From NCBI RefSeq assembly GCF_028641065.1, contig NC_073386.1, positions 31,620,001-31,684,000 on the forward strand: a stretch of 64,000 nucleotides of DNA, in the 5' to 3' direction. The DNA comes from Leucoraja erinacea. Taxonomy: Eukaryota. Under the pieces are notes generated by a model. It saw only the letters and a list, made by a program, of their open reading frames with translations, ran no database searches and was not told where the DNA came from. The translations under genes were made by a program, and so were the position numbers. Positions 38,960-53,051 of the stretch are shown in pieces (the stretch's first letter is position 1; each line of letters begins with the position of its first letter).

Positions 38960-40126
38960 CACCGCACGATTGGCAGCCCGGCCAACAGTATGTTTGTTTT
39001 ATCGTCTTTTTTAAATTTTTAGAGTGTGTTAGAAGTTTGTATAAATATTCTCCGGATTGTTTGATGTGGGGGGAGATGGTCGGAGGAAACTTTTTTTTGA
39101 GTTTCTTACCTTGCCGGCACGGGGGAGCTGGCATTCCCCTGATGCAAGAGCTGATCGCCCCGATGTGGAGGGCCCAAACGCCACCGGCTACGGCAGTCAA
39201 GATCGTCCCGTCAACAGAAGGCTCGAGGCCCCCGAGTGCGGGAGAGCATAGACAATAGACAATAGGTGCAGGAGTAGGCCATTCGGCCCTTTGAGCCATT
39301 CAATGTGATCATGGCTGATCATCCCCTATCAGTACCCCGTTCCTGCCTTCTCCCCATATCCCCTGACTCTGCTATCTTTAAGAGCCCTATCAAGCTCTCT
39401 CTTGAAAGTATCCAGAGAACCGGCCTCCATCGCCCTCTGAGGCACAGAATTCCACAGACTCCCAACTCCCTGTGAGAAAAAGTGTTTCTGCGTCTCCGTT
39501 CTAAATGGCTTAGCCCTTATTCGTAAACTGTGGCCCATGGTTCTGGACTCCCCCGACATCCTGTTGTACTTCCCCTTTTCCCAATTTGATACCATTTAGA
39601 TAGTAATCTGCCTTCTTGTTTTTGCTATCAAAGTGGATAACCCCTCATTTATCCACATTAAACTGCATCTGCCATGCATCTGCCCACTCACCCAACCTGT
39701 CCAAGTCACCCTGCATTCTCAGAGCATCCTCCTCATAGTTCACAGCCACCCAGCTTTGTGTCATCTGCAAATTTGCTAATGTTACTTTGAATTCCTTCAT
39801 CTAAATCAATGATGTATATTGTAAATAGCTACCGTCCCAGCACCGAGCCTTGCGGTACCCCACTAGCCACTGCCTGCCATTCTGAAAGGGACCCGTTAAT
39901 CCCTACTCTTTGTTTCCTGAAGGGAAGAGTTTGGAACTTTTTTTTGCCTTCCATCACAGTGATGAATGTGGAGGAGTAACTGTGGTGGACGTTTATGTTA
40001 AAATATATTTTGTGTGTTCCGTTGCTTTTTATTTGTATGTCTGACTTGGCAAATTAAATTCCTCGTATGTTGCAAAATATACTTGGCTAATAAAGTATGA
40101 TTGTGATTGTGTGATTGTGATTGTGA
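38960..40126 (+). mobile_element. GC-rich non-coding retroposon with (GATTGT)n tail, split by CR1
   Basis: 5' part 38960-39246; 3' part 39919-40126 with cttccatcacagtga...ctgtggtgg and aataaag tail. Confidence 0.6.
39247..39918 (-). mobile_element. CR1 3' part with internal deletion
   Basis: ORF 39329-39595 ...SRTMGHSLRIR...GYGEKAGTGY; jump at ~39560 from the C-terminal to the RT region. Confidence 0.88.
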
Positions 40127-41438
40127 TATCTGATCTGGTAACTGATATGCAAGGATAAACAGTGCATCTTCCATTATTCTGGGGACAGAGAGATACGAGA
40201 ACAAAATGGTGCAATTTTTCATATTTGTAAACTGAAATTGGATGAGCTAATTCTGAGACGTGGTCTATGTGTAGACATTTTTTATTGATCAGACTGTTGC
40301 TTTTGATTAATCTCCTGAAGATTTTGCCTCACCTGATAGAATCTTTGTTGCATAAGAATTTGCAATGGGGCTAATGATGTAACTAGGTAAATTGTTTCCT
40401 GTCCAGAGTTACCCCATGTGTTTCTAATACAACATGACTTATTCCTGTGACCAGTGGTGAAAAAAGTGATGGACATTGAGCTTGTATAGAACCCTGGTTG
40501 CATACCTCAGTGTGTCGGAGACCCAAAGACTCAGATACAACTAACATAGGTATTGCAAACTTTGGGAATTGAAATTTGCTGCCAGAGATCCAGGTAATGG
40601 ACATGTCGGATGTTTAATTGTCTTGCAGACATATTTGCCAGATTGGAACCTAATCAGTGACCTTAGAGAAAGGAATTTGTTGCATGAAATTGAGGTCAGA
40701 GGAGGACCAGGCATAAGGCGTGGAATAGGGGGTGAGTGGAATTAGGTAGAAGGGCCCAGGATTATGACCAAGGAGTCGGGACAGTGATGAGAAAGATGAT
40801 AGTAATGGGTGGTTGTAAATCCAGAACTCTACAAGGGGTATTGCAGATCATGAGGTGGGTGGTCTGTGGGACAGGGCATGGGCATTGGCCTGTAGACTGT
40901 GCAGGTGATATCAGGTAATGGGTGGAATCATGAATGAACTTCCAGGTTGGAAGAGGAATTAGGATTGGAGATCTGGAATGTGGTCAGCCCTGGGTATCAG
41001 TGAAGCAGCATCGCCTTTGGTGGGGTGGAAGGCGGCTTACCAGTTTGGCGATCGAAGCCCACCAAAGATATTGGTAAGTGAGGGATATCACTGAAAGAGA
41101 CCTCAGTTGAGCATTGGATTTTGAAAACCTGTTTGTATTGGGAGTGGCCAATGGCAATCATTCCTGGCACAGTGCTTCTCAGAACAATGCAAATGGATTG
41201 TAGCATGGGGAATTATATCATTCCTCGCAGTCCAAAAGCAAAATCATATCAGCCCAAGAATGATTGTGACGAAAAGTGCCCAATCAAATTTCTGAAGTGT
41301 GCAGAATAATTTGGAAGTGCAGGTCAAATCTGTATGCAGGAAGAAGAAGCAGAGCCATGTGGTCAGATTATCCTAAGCGTGGCCAAGTGATGGAATGATG
41401 GGCATTGCTGATGGTGGTTTAGCCATGGTTGGGTGTTA

Positions 41439-42190
41439 AGCCCCTGTCCCACTTAGGAAACATGAACGGAAACCTCTGGAGACCTTGTGACCCACCCAAG
41501 GTTTCCATGAGGTTCCCGAAGGTGTTTGTCACTCTCCCTAATGGTCGAAAGTGGTTTCTGCGTAGTTGATCTTCTTCTATGTTCCAGCGATTATTTCAAA
41601 AATTCGAAACCGGCCTCGACTAAAAATAGGTTATAAAAATCGGTAATTTTTTAGTCGAAGCCGGTTGCGATGCTAGTTGAAGTTGGTTACCAGAGGTTGC
41701 AGGTAGTGGAAGGTAAAACCTCCCTAGTGGAATAAAACTGGGTGAAAAAAAGATTAATATTAACATAAGCATGTGACCTCAATCACTCCTGGGCATGCTC
41801 AATCATAGTTGCAGAGTTCTTTTAGCAGAGATTCGTAGTTTTTTTCTTACAATAAAATAAAACCCTCCCAGGTTTTGTTTTTAATCATTCTGAACCATGA
41901 GAGCAGGGAAAGAACACGTTAGGTGGATGTTACTAAAAGTACATCTACTGCTGTCAGCAGCAGCCCTTTTGCTTGATGAGCCTTTCAGGAAAGGCAGAAG
42001 GGAAAGCACAAGGGTGAAGAGGAAGCAGAAGAAGAGGTGTGAGTGGGTGAAGCCCTTCTTGCAAAGAAGATTGATGCTTGGACAGTATGATAACCTGATG
42101 GATGTGCTGCAAGAGGATTTGTCTGCATTTAAAAACTTTCTACAAATCACACCTGAGCTGTTTAATGAGCTGAAGGAAACCGTGGGTCTA
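41439..42190 (+). mobile_element. PIF/Harbinger transposon, one end with transposase N-terminal fragment
   Basis: tta|agcccctgtcccactta terminus; ORF from 41897 has WVKPFLQRRLMLGQYDNLM...EDLSAFKNFLQITPELFNEL, typical of Harbinger transposase N-termini; no DDE domain and no second TIR seen. Confidence 0.82.
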
Positions 42191-42431
42191 CTGGGTAACG
42201 TCCACATAACTTGTAGCAACTGCAGCAGAAGAAGCCTTCACTGTCTGGCCATTTCCACATCCCCCATCCTGACCATTCTCCTGCCCGCTCATCGATTCAC
42301 AGACTCACAAATCTGGAGATGCCTGGTTCAATTTCATAACAGGCAGAGATCCAACTGGGAAGAGACAGAATCACATTAAAATATACATAGTGATTTTATG
42401 CGTGGTTTATACATCAAAAAGCTCTAAATGT

Positions 42432-43052
42432 AGGGGTGGAAATGGGGGGGGGGAACAATTTTTTAACGCTGCATGCGCATGCGCACACACACATACACGT
42501 GTGCGTGCGAGGCTTTGGAGACTTCAGCCGTGGGCCCTGTGGATGGTAACATCGGGAGCTGACCTGGTGACTCCGAACTCCAGCAGCTTCGTCCGCCCCG
42601 AATCGCGGGGCCTTTCATCGTCTCGACGCAGCAATTTGATCGCGGGGCGGTGGAAGATCCCACGGCCGATTTTAAGCCGCGCAGGGCGATGAAAAGCCCC
42701 GCGAATGGGCCAATTCAAGCTCCGCTCTATGATCTTTGCTCCACCAGGACATCTCCCTCCTCCAATCACCGTGCTCTATCCTCAGTCCTACCCCCCTACT
42801 TCCGCCTCTGACCGACACCTCTCTCCTCCAATCATCCCACTGAATCATTATGTACCGCCCGCCCCCCCACTGCCTGCTGACCAACGTCTGTCTCGTCCAA
42901 TCGGCGCCCTCGATCATCAGTCCCGCGGAAAGCGGAGATTTTTAATAGTTTTTTTTCACCGAGTTTTAAAATCCGGATTACAAAACATGGGGGAGGATTG
43001 TCCCCACCTCTCAAAACATGGGGACATGCCCCCCCCCCCATTTCCGCCCATG
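42432..43052. mobile_element. hAT-like MITE
   Basis: TIRs aggggtggaaatggggggg / ccccccccatttccgcccatg; aaatgta on both flanks (42426-42432, 43053-43059). Confidence 0.7.
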
Positions 43053-43149
43053 AAATGTACTATCTCTCTGCAATGGTCTGAAGCCAGTTTAGTGCCAGGC
43101 TAACAGATTTACTAGATGGAGGGGCAGTGTGACTCCACGAGAAGAGACA

Positions 43150-43330
43150 TTGCCTCGGAAAAGCCAGAAACCTGGGTTCAATCTTGACTTTGATGCTGTC
43201 TACATGGAGTTTGCACATTCTCCCTGTGTTCTCCCAAAGCTTCTCCTGGAATTTTTGTTTTCCTCCCACATCCCAAAGATGTGCGGATCAGTAAATTAAT
43301 TGGCAACTATAAATTCCCCCTGGTATGTGG
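43150..43330 (+). mobile_element. HE1/V-type SINE, degraded
   Basis: cctgggttcaatc B box, ggagtttgcacattctccctgtg. Confidence 0.7.
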
Positions 43331-44809
43331 ATAAGGATAAAAAAAATCAGGTTCTTATAAATTACGGGAATATGTTTATTTTGCTTATATAAATAGATTT
43401 TTATAAAGTACATAGAAAGGAAACTCCCAACAGATCAAGCAGCATCTACAGCAAGAGTCATAAAGTTAATGTCTCGGGTCAATGCCCTTTCATCAGAAAA
43501 TAATCTACATGTCTGCGACTGATTTAAAGAATTAATCTCCTTCCCACATCAACATTCAGAGCAACTGTTGTCTAATGCAGTTTGTGCTGAGAATAGCAAA
43601 GCAGGGATGAGAATCTCTATCAGTTAAACATGAGCCTTGAGAGTGCGGAATATTTAACTTTCATGAATGCTGTTTTAAAGAACTCAAACACTTCTTTCTA
43701 TTTATCATTCTTCAAAAGAAGTCAAGCTGACTTCTATTGGCATTTGCAAATGGATCTGGTTGTTAATGACAACAGATTTAGGCTAGCTGATGTGAATTTA
43801 AAATAAAAATGAAGATGTAATAAGTAAAACCAAGGCTGTGAAAAGGTTGATTTGTTTATTGTGAATTATTGTGGAATTGGTTTAAGAAGTGAGTGTCACG
43901 TGTATTTTAACTTCAGTGTGTGTAAAAAAAAAGATTTCAGTATGTGTGTTTTAGTTAATCTGATTGTGGTCTGTTGTTCCTGACAATGCGGTCACAAAAC
44001 TGAGATTATTTTTGTGTAGGTTAAAGCTCCTGACTTGTGTTAGATTGCAATTGATTCATAGTGTATTTGGGGGAACACAAAGTGGTTACAATACAAGAAA
44101 AAACTGTTCTCTCAGAAAGAAGCATGCTTCCCAATCATTACCTTAACTGCTATTTGATCTTGTGTTTCTCCCTGAGGAAAAGACTCATCAATCCCAGACA
44201 GTTTATTTGTAATAGGGGAAAAGAAAGAAACTCCCATGCCACAATGAACCATTGTGCATTCAGAAACCGTATTGAAAACCTGCAGCTAAGTATTGGTAGA
44301 TTGCAGGAAAATAATTTGGGGACAAAAAATCCTTTTAATGATTCCATTGCAAGTGCTATCTCATAACTAGTATTTAGGAGTATCATCAATGCCAGTATGA
44401 GTGCAAACTGCCAGTATCAATGTAAAGTGCATTATCCCACTCCTACAAAATGAACTGATGCACAGTTTAGTAGTTATGCTGTGCTTCTAATGGCCTTAAA
44501 ATGAAGCTGACCTTCAATGTCAATCCCTTGTATTGTATAGCGGAGAAATACCAAGGGAAAGGAAAGAGGACGAGAAATGTGATGGTACCTCGAAGTTGGA
44601 CAGAAGCCCATGACAGTTTTGAAGTTGTAAAACATCATGACTACATGCTGATGGCAATAAATGTTACAAATAATCCACATGAGCTTGGTTCAGATAAACA
44701 TAAAGCAACAAAAAAAACTGCAGTTTCTGGAAATCTGAAATAAAAACAGAAAGTACAGATATTAAGCAGGTCAGATAACACTGCAAACAGTGAGTTATCA
44801 TGACAGATT

Positions 44810-45210
44810 TTTTTTGAAGAGGTCAACAAGAGGATTGATATCTAAGTTTACAACAGGATCTAACTCACATGCGTAGGTTGGCCAATAAGTGTTAAATGGA
44901 AATTAACTCTGACAAGTGTGAGTTGTTGCACTTTGGTATGTTAACCAGGGTAGGACATACACAGTAAATGGAAACGCTCCTGGAGGGTTTTGTAGATTAA
45001 AGAGAACTGGGAGTACAGGTGCATGGTTCCATGATAGTGGCAAGTCAGATGGACAGGGTGGTGTCAAAGGCATTTTCATGAAAGGAAGGATTTAGAGCAA
45101 TGTGGGCCAAATGTGGGCAAATGGGACTAGCCCAGAATTCCAACTTGGTCAGCATGGAGAAAGTTGGCCGAAAGGCCTGTTTTCATGCTGTATAGTGGTA
45201 TGATTCTAAG
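44810..45210 (+). mobile_element. Degraded CR1 fragment and tail
   Basis: gacaagtgtgagttgttgcactttgg; aaggcctgttttcatgctgta. Confidence 0.65.
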
Positions 45211-45984
45211 AGGTCAGAGGATAGAAATAGCTACAACGAGCTACTCGCCTCCTAAATACCCCTTCCACAACCATTCACTAATGTACAGTGGTAGCAGAGT
45301 GTACTATCTCAGGATACAATGAAGCAGCTGATCAAGACTCCTTAGACAGCGTCTACCAAGCGCATGACTTCTACCAGGTAAAAAGAGAAGGCAGCAAAAG
45401 AATGGCATTTTCCCTCCAAGCCGCATGCCATCCTAACTTGGAAATATATTGCCATCCTCTCATTATCGATGGTCAAAATCCTGGAACTCTCTCTCTATCA
45501 GCATTGTGGGTATACCCACATCTCAAGGACTGCAGCAGCTCAAGGATAACCAGGGATGGGCAAAACACACCTCCTTTAAATGCCTACAACACACACACCT
45601 CTTAAATGAATAAAACACAATGTCAGGTTCACTGCACTAACTCACCAGTATAGTTTCATCCCAGGTTTTCATACCTGTCTTTAATACTGCCAAATATTTC
45701 TGTAAAAAGTTACAAATCAATGCAGCCATTTCTGTAGTGCCTATCCTCTCCACAATTGTTAGCAGACCCACACACTCCCACTTATTGCTGATGGTAAGAA
45801 CTCACTGTTGAAACATTACTTTCTGTCTCTCCTCCTGATAATCATCAGACTCAAAGGTAACCACAGGATTCCCTTTGCAGTTCTGACAGGCTCCTGGTTC
45901 CCTTCCTTCCAATCAACTACACAGCTGCACCAGCCCTCTACTCAACACCACTACACATTAGAGGGTCATAAAGACTTGTAATTT

Positions 45985-46650
45985 GAATTTTAATCTGAGC
46001 AAGTGTGATTGCTGCACTTTGAGAAGGTGAGTATAAAGTGAAAGTGTACAGTTAATGACAAGACCCTGAACTGCATTGATTGCAGAGGGATCTAGGGATC
46101 CAGGTCCACAGCTCTCTGAAAGTGACACAAAGTATAGAAATTGGTAAAGAAGGCGTATGCTGTGCTTGCCTTCATTGATCAGGGCATTAAGTACAAGAGT
46201 GCAGATGTCATGATGCAGCTTTGTAGGACTTTGATTACGCTGCATTTGGAGTATTGTCTACAGTTTGGTCGCTCCACAACAGGAAGGATGCGGGGGCTTT
46301 GGAGAGAGTTTAGAAGAGGCATACTAAACTGCTGCCTGGATTAGAGGGTATTAGCTAGTGAAGTTGGACAAACTTGGATTGTTTTCTCTGGAACATTGCT
46401 GGGAAATCTAATAGAAGTATATAAAGTTATGAAAGGCATCGTTAGGTAGACGGTCAGAATTATTTTCCCAAGGTGGAAATGTCAAAAACTAGAGGGCAGA
46501 GATGCCTGAGTGCCTGGAATGCGCTGCCAGGTGTGGTGGCTGTAGATAATATAGAGGCATTTAAGCAGCCTTTAGATAGGCATCTGGATATTAAGGGAAT
46601 GGAGGAATATGGATCATGTGTAGGATGAGGAATTTGTTTAACTCGGCATT
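45985..46650 (+). mobile_element. Degraded CR1 3' portion
   Basis: VKKAYAVLAFIDQGIKYKS...HLEYCLQF. Confidence 0.8.
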
Positions 46651-46935
46651 AGAAATCTTCAAAATGCCATCTAATATAAACATTCTTACTAGTTGAATCA
46701 TAATAAATCCATCCCTTCATCAAATAATAATCCCAATTGCAAATAGGCAATGTTTGAGAAAGTTACTTCGTAATTTGGCTGAGCTATGTCTGCTCTGTGG
46801 GTGAGAAACAATTGCCTAAATAATTCTATGCAGTCATGATAGGGGGATAGGCTGCCTGCCTGATGGGTTGACTCCTGGCACAGCTGTAAGCAATATTGCA
46901 TATATAACTTGGGCATCTAACTACTATTTCAGGCT

Positions 46936-47138
46936 GTTTAAGAAGGAACTGCAGATGCTGGAAAATCGAAAGTACACAAAAAAGCTGGAGAAACACAGCG
47001 GGTGCAGCAGCATCTATGGAGCAAAGGAAATAGGCAACGTTTCGGGACAAAGAAGGGTTTCGGCCAGAAACGTTGCCTATTTCCTTTGCTCCATAGATGC
47101 TGCTGCACCCGCTGAATTTCTCTAACTTTTTTGTGTAC
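46936..47138. mobile_element. Foldback Penelope-pLTR element, second subfamily, perfect 15 bp TSD
   Basis: Arms gcagcatctatggagcaaaggaaataggcaacgtttc / gaaacgttgcctatttcctttgctccatagatgctgc; TSD ctactatttcaggct at 46921-46935 and 47139-47153. Confidence 0.9.
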
Positions 47139-49099
47139 CTACTATTTCAGGCTCTTGGCTGAGGCTGGATTGTGAGTAAACTCAACATACTTCAGTGTGA
47201 ATTCACAGACATATGCAACCAAACTGATTAGAACTGCTGGGAGCTGTCAACCCACGTGTAGCTCTAAGACTTTGGGTTGTCACCTTGTGGAAGTTGATGA
47301 AGCAGGAGTACAGCCCCACCTTTAACCCCACACCCATCCCTCAACCTCCACTCCAGATTGAAATCACAAGAAAGTGTGTGTGTCACACAGCTTTCGCCAC
47401 ATTGCCTCTATTCCTCTGGGTCCGTCTGCCCACTCTGGTTAAAGTCATTTCTCCTCTGTGAATGGTGAGCTGTCTCTTGGGAACACTACTGTGCTCTCAG
47501 TTCACTGCCAATAACCTAATGAGGTCAGTGGGCTAACCTGCCTTGATCTAGACATCGCCTTCATTAGATAAATGCAACTTAGGCTGCTTCTAATTTAGGT
47601 GCATTTCCTCAATGAGACAATTATTTCTGGATTATAATATGTTTTGTTTAGCACTGTATGCCCTATTATATTCTAAATGTGATGGATTCATTTACCTTCA
47701 AGTTGCAATGATCATGTCGTGTTGAACCAATTGAAAATACTTTCAACATCGATTGTATTCAGGCAATTACACTACTATCCTCAAATGCATTGAATTAACA
47801 TGAGAGCTGGAATAATGAGGAATCTTTCACTGTTGTTGTCTGTGTGCCTGTCACAGTATTTGATTATACTGTGATAAACATTCTGTGTGTGTGGTCCCTA
47901 GTTTCCATGAGATGGAGTAGAAATGTATGAAATGAATAAAATTAACTCCAGGTGCATTCAGATAGGTTTGATATCAACTGGTTTAGAAATATTATTGCAA
48001 CAAATCTTTAACTTAATTGCAGCACTGCATAGTGAATGGGAACGAGCCATAATGATGTACAATAGTTCTTTTTTATTGTTGTAAAATGCAGTCAAGAGCA
48101 TTGGTTTCTTTTTAACGAGGTTGTGTCTATACAATAAACTAAAAATCATACAACCTGTCAGGTTACATGTGGCAAATCATTTGTTTCTGTGCCTTATGTG
48201 CCAAAGATTTATTGACAAATTATGAAGTATTGATAAGCCACAAAGCCACTTCCATTTTTCACAGAGTCCAACAGATGCAATTCATCACAAATTTTGATTC
48301 CGGACCAGCTATGTTAAAATTAAGTTGGTGGAATCCTTTCTAAAGAACTCTGAGTGAAAAGCAATATTTGCATTTTAAGGTTGACACGAGGCATCTGAAA
48401 ACTTATGATCATTGTTAATACTAGTCCCTGAAATCCTGCATAGTGGTGGTCTTTACTAAGGAGCTCCAACTTTAGAAGTATTAATCAAATGACATACAGT
48501 GCATATATAGTGCTACAATGATAAATGTATGCACAATGCCATGAAAGGCCACATCAAAATCAAAGCAAATGGGGAGGCAGATAAGTGTAATCAAGTGATG
48601 GTGATTCTGTGCTTCTAAATAACAAATTGAGAAGAATGTTTACTGAAAGGAAAAATTGTTATTTATGTTCTCAGCGCAGCTTAGTACACCGTAGACATCA
48701 ACTTATTTTGGTATATAGGCAAATGAGCAGCAGAATTGTACATTACGTTTCAAAATCAGCAAATAATATACATAACCAGTGAACCAGCTTTGGAATTATT
48801 GTCTGCAACATAAACTCTTCACTTTTTTGAACATTGCAGTCTTTCGTATTTCTGAGCCATTAGGCAGTTCTGAAATGAGCTCTATTGATGCCTCATAAAA
48901 AATATCAAAGCTTTATTGCAGATCTGTTGCAATAAAAATCATGATAATTGGGAGCTGTGCAGGAACAGTGAAGGAGCTTACGTTTCTTTGCCTATTCACA
49001 TTGTTTTCTGGCCCTTAGCTTCAAATTGCCCCCAGATGAATGAGGTGCATTTATGTTCAACAATGATAAGAAACAGATAATTATTATTTTTTTAATTTT

Positions 49100-50363
49100 T
49101 AAGATACAACGCGGAAACAGGCCCTTTGGTGCACCGAGTTCACACTGACCAGCAATCCCTGCACACCAACACTATCCTACACACACTAGGGACAATCTAC
49201 GTATACTGTACAAGCCAATTAACCTGCAAACCTATACGTCTTTGGAGTGTGGGAGGAAACCGAAGATAGAAACATAGAAAACAGGTGCAGGAGTAAGCCA
49301 TTCATCCCTTCGAGCCAACACCGCCATTCAATATGATCATGGCTGATTATCCAAAATCAGTAACCTGTTCCTGCTTTCTCCTCATATCCTTTGATTTATT
49401 TAGCCCTGAGAGCTATATCTAACTCTCACTTGAATATATCCAGTGAATTGGCCTCCATTGCCTTAAGTGATATAGAATTCAACAGATTCACAATTCTCTG
49501 GGTGAAAAAGTTTCCTCATCTCAGTCCTAAATGGACCAACCCCTTATTCTTAAACTGTGATCCCTGGTTCTGGACTTCCCCCAACATCAGGAACATTTTT
49601 CCTGCATCTAGCCTGCCCAATCCCTTAAGAATGTTATATGTTCCTACAAGACCCCCTCTCAACCTAAATTCCAGTGAATACAAGCCCAGCCGACCCATTC
49701 TTTCGTCGTATGTTAAAAGACAATAGACAATAGGTGCAGGAGTTGGCCATTCGGCCCTTTGAGCCAGCACCGCCATTCAATGTGATCATGGCTGATCATC
49801 CCCAATCAGTACCCCGTTCCTGCCTTTTCCCCATATCCCCTGACGTTGTTATCTTTAAGAGCTCTATCTTGCTCTCTCTTGAAAGTATCCAGAGAACCGA
49901 CCTCCACCGCCCTCTGAAGTAGAGAATTCCACATACTCGCAACTCTCTGTGGGAAAAAAGTGTTTCCTCATCTCCGTTCTAAATGGCTTACCCCTTATTC
50001 TTAAACTGTGGCCCCTGGTTCTGGACTCCCCCAACATCGGGAACATGTTTCCTGCCTCTAGCGTGTGTGTCCAAACCCTATATAATCTTACATGTTTCAA
50101 TAAGAATCCCTCTCATCCTTCTAAATTCCAGAGTATACAAGCCCAGCCGCTCCATTCTCTCAGCATTTGACAGTCCCGCCATCCCGGGAATTAATGTTGT
50201 AAACCTACGCTGCACTCCCTCAATAGCAAGAATGTCCTTCTTCAAATTAGGGGCCCAAAACTGCACACAATAATCCAAGTATGGTTTCACCAGGACTCTG
50301 GACAACTGCAAGATCTCAGAGAACACGCACGGGGAGAACGAACAAACTCCATACAGACAGCAT
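49100..50363 (-). mobile_element. HE1/V-type SINE split by two tandem CR1 3' fragments
   Basis: SINE at 49100-49267 and ~50311-50363; CR1 copies at ~49268-49712 and ~49719-50310 (LVKPYLDYCVQFWAPNL). Confidence 0.85.
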
Positions 50364-51912
50364 AGAATTTATTACCCACCCCTAATTGCTATTAAGAATA
50401 TAATGGTGTGTCACCATCATGTTACTTTTGCTGGAATTTATCCTGAATGCAACTATTTTTTATAACATGCCTTATCATTTTCCCCTTGTTACTATCTCTC
50501 TACGTATAGTTTTTACTAATGATATTTTCGTAAACACTTCAATGTATTCAATTTCTTTGGAAAAATCTTTCCCTTGTGCTTCCCTCATCAAGACTCATTT
50601 GCATGCTTAAAACATTGCAATTATATATTTTCTCCATTGCCCAGACCTATTGCAACACTATTCATAGAGCCCATAAATTAACCTTATATGCACTGTATTA
50701 TGCATTTATCTGCAATAAGATTTTTTTTATTACTGTTCTGCGCATGTGCATACTTTGTTCAACTCATTCTATATTTTTTGAACAGTTTTATTTCCCTCCA
50801 CAATGTTTATCATATGAAGCAGAGTTGTTATCATTAGTGGAGACACTCATTCCTCAATTCGTTCTGGGATGGATGATGAAATTGGCAATAACAAAATTTT
50901 AAAAACAGAAGGAATAATGTATGAGGGGCACACATCCGGATTTAGTACTGATATATTTTACTAGATTTTTTGTTGTGCATTGAAAGCAAAGATGTAGGAT
51001 TACCACAATTACAGATAGACAAAACCCCTGAAGAAATGTAAACAATCTGACGGGATTTGTGGTATGATATGCTTCCATTACAGATAGATGGCCATCTCTC
51101 AGTCTGAGGTATTAATTTTTACATCATTGCATATCATCTTGGTTGTGGCAGATATAGAAACTGATTCAGCACTATCACGGAAAGCTGCCAAAGCTTTGGT
51201 GCCAGAGTTGTAAAAGAAATGTGATAATGTTAGTGCCTCTGACAGCAAAATATATTATCTGAAGACATTGCTTTTCCTTTGCCATTAGCCACAAAGATAA
51301 ATCAACCCGAACAATATTGCTGGACAGCATGGGAGGGATTATAACTTTCTCTGTCAGGTGGCAAACTGGTGGTAAACATGAAAATCAGTTGGAATACAGA
51401 ATGGATGGCTGATTCCCATCTCCCATTTACCACCTCAGTCAAAAAGTAACATTCGCTCATGGGTTGTCAGTTTTTGATAGTTGAGGTTTTTGTTAAATTG
51501 CGAGTCCATGTCTGCTTATGATTCCAATTATGCTTACTCACAAGTAATGACACACTTGCATATATACACATTGTTATTTGCCTCTTCCTAACCCTGTCTG
51601 AAGGAAGGCCTGACCTGAAGCATCGTCTGTCCATTTACTCCACCTGTTGCCTGACTCACTGAGTTCCTCTTGTTTCACTCAACACTCCAACATCTGCAGT
51701 TCTGTTTGTCTCCAGTCAGAAACCTGTCTGCTAATGTAGATGACATGGATTATAATACCAAAGCGATAATTGAAAGAAATCTTCAATAAAGACAGTGTAT
51801 ATATTATGAAAAGAACCTTGCTGGCATATACCTCAAACCTATAATGAATTTCCATTTTCTTGTGCACATTAAGCTTCAGATGTTACAGGGACACATGAAT
51901 ATCCAATATAAC

Positions 51913-53051
51913 TTAAAGCTTAAAGTACACAGCATTGGGGGTTCAGTATTGATGTGGATAGAGAACTGGCTGGCAAACAGGAAGCAAAGAGTAGGAGTAA
52001 ACGGGTCCTTTTCACAATGGCAGGCAGTGACTAGTGGGGTACCGCAAGGCTCAGTGCTGGGACCCCAGCTATTTACAATATATATTAATGATCTGGATGA
52101 GGGAATTGAAGGCAATATCTCCAAGTTTGCGGATGACGCTAAGCTGGGGGACAGTGTTAGCTGTGAGGAGGATACTAGGAGACTGCAAGGTGACTTGGAT
52201 AGGCTGGGTGAGTGGGCAAATGTTTGGCAGATGCAGTATAATGTGGATAAATGTGAGGTTATCCTATTTGGTGGCAAAAACGGGAAAGCAGACTATTATC
52301 TAAATGGTGGCCGATTGGGAAAGGGGGAGAGATGCAGTGAGACCTGGGTGTCATGGTACACCAGTCATTGAAGGTAGGCATGCAGGTGCAGCAGGCAGTA
52401 AAGAAAGCGAATGGTATGTTAGCTTTCATTGCAAAAGGATTTGAGTATAGGAGCAGGGAGGTTCTACTGCGGTTGTACAGGGTCTTGGTGAGACCACACC
52501 TGGAGTATTGCGTACAGTTTTGGTCTCCAAATCTGAGGAAGGACATTATTGCCATAGAGGGAGTGCAGAGACAGTTCACCAGACTGATTCCTGGGATGTC
52601 AGGACTGTCTTATGAAGAAAGACTGGATAGACTTGGTTTATACTCTCTAGAATTTAGGAGATTGAGAGGGGATCTTATAGAAACTTACAAAATTCTTAAG
52701 GGGTTGGACAGGCTAGATGCAGGAAGATTGTTCCCGATGTTAGGGAAGTCCAGGACAAGGGGTCACAGCTTAAGGATAAGGGGGAAATCCTTTAAAACCG
52801 AGATGAGAAGAACTTTTTTTGCACAGAGAGTGGTGAATCTCTGGAACTCTCTGCCACAGAGGGTAGTTGAGGCTAGTTCATTTGCTATATTTAAGAGGGA
52901 GTTAGATGTGGCCCTTGTGGCTAAGGGGATCAGGGGGTATAGAGAGAAGGCAGGTACGGGATACTGAGTTGGATGATCAGCCATGATCATATTGAATGGC
53001 GGTGCAGGCTCGAAGGGCCGAATGGCCTTCTCCTGCACCTAATTTCTATGT
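51913..53051 (+). mobile_element. Young 5'-truncated CR1 LINE (RT domain and C-terminus, one frameshift)
   Basis: ORFs 51844-52371 (VTSGVPQGSVLGP...KFADD) and 52353-52967 (RPHLEYCVQFWSP...TRGHSLRI), plus 3' tail. Confidence 0.97.

Noticed and set aside
51844-52967. Two long ORFs (175 and 204 aa) as a host gene
   Set aside because: Frameshifted, 5'-truncated CR1 ORF2
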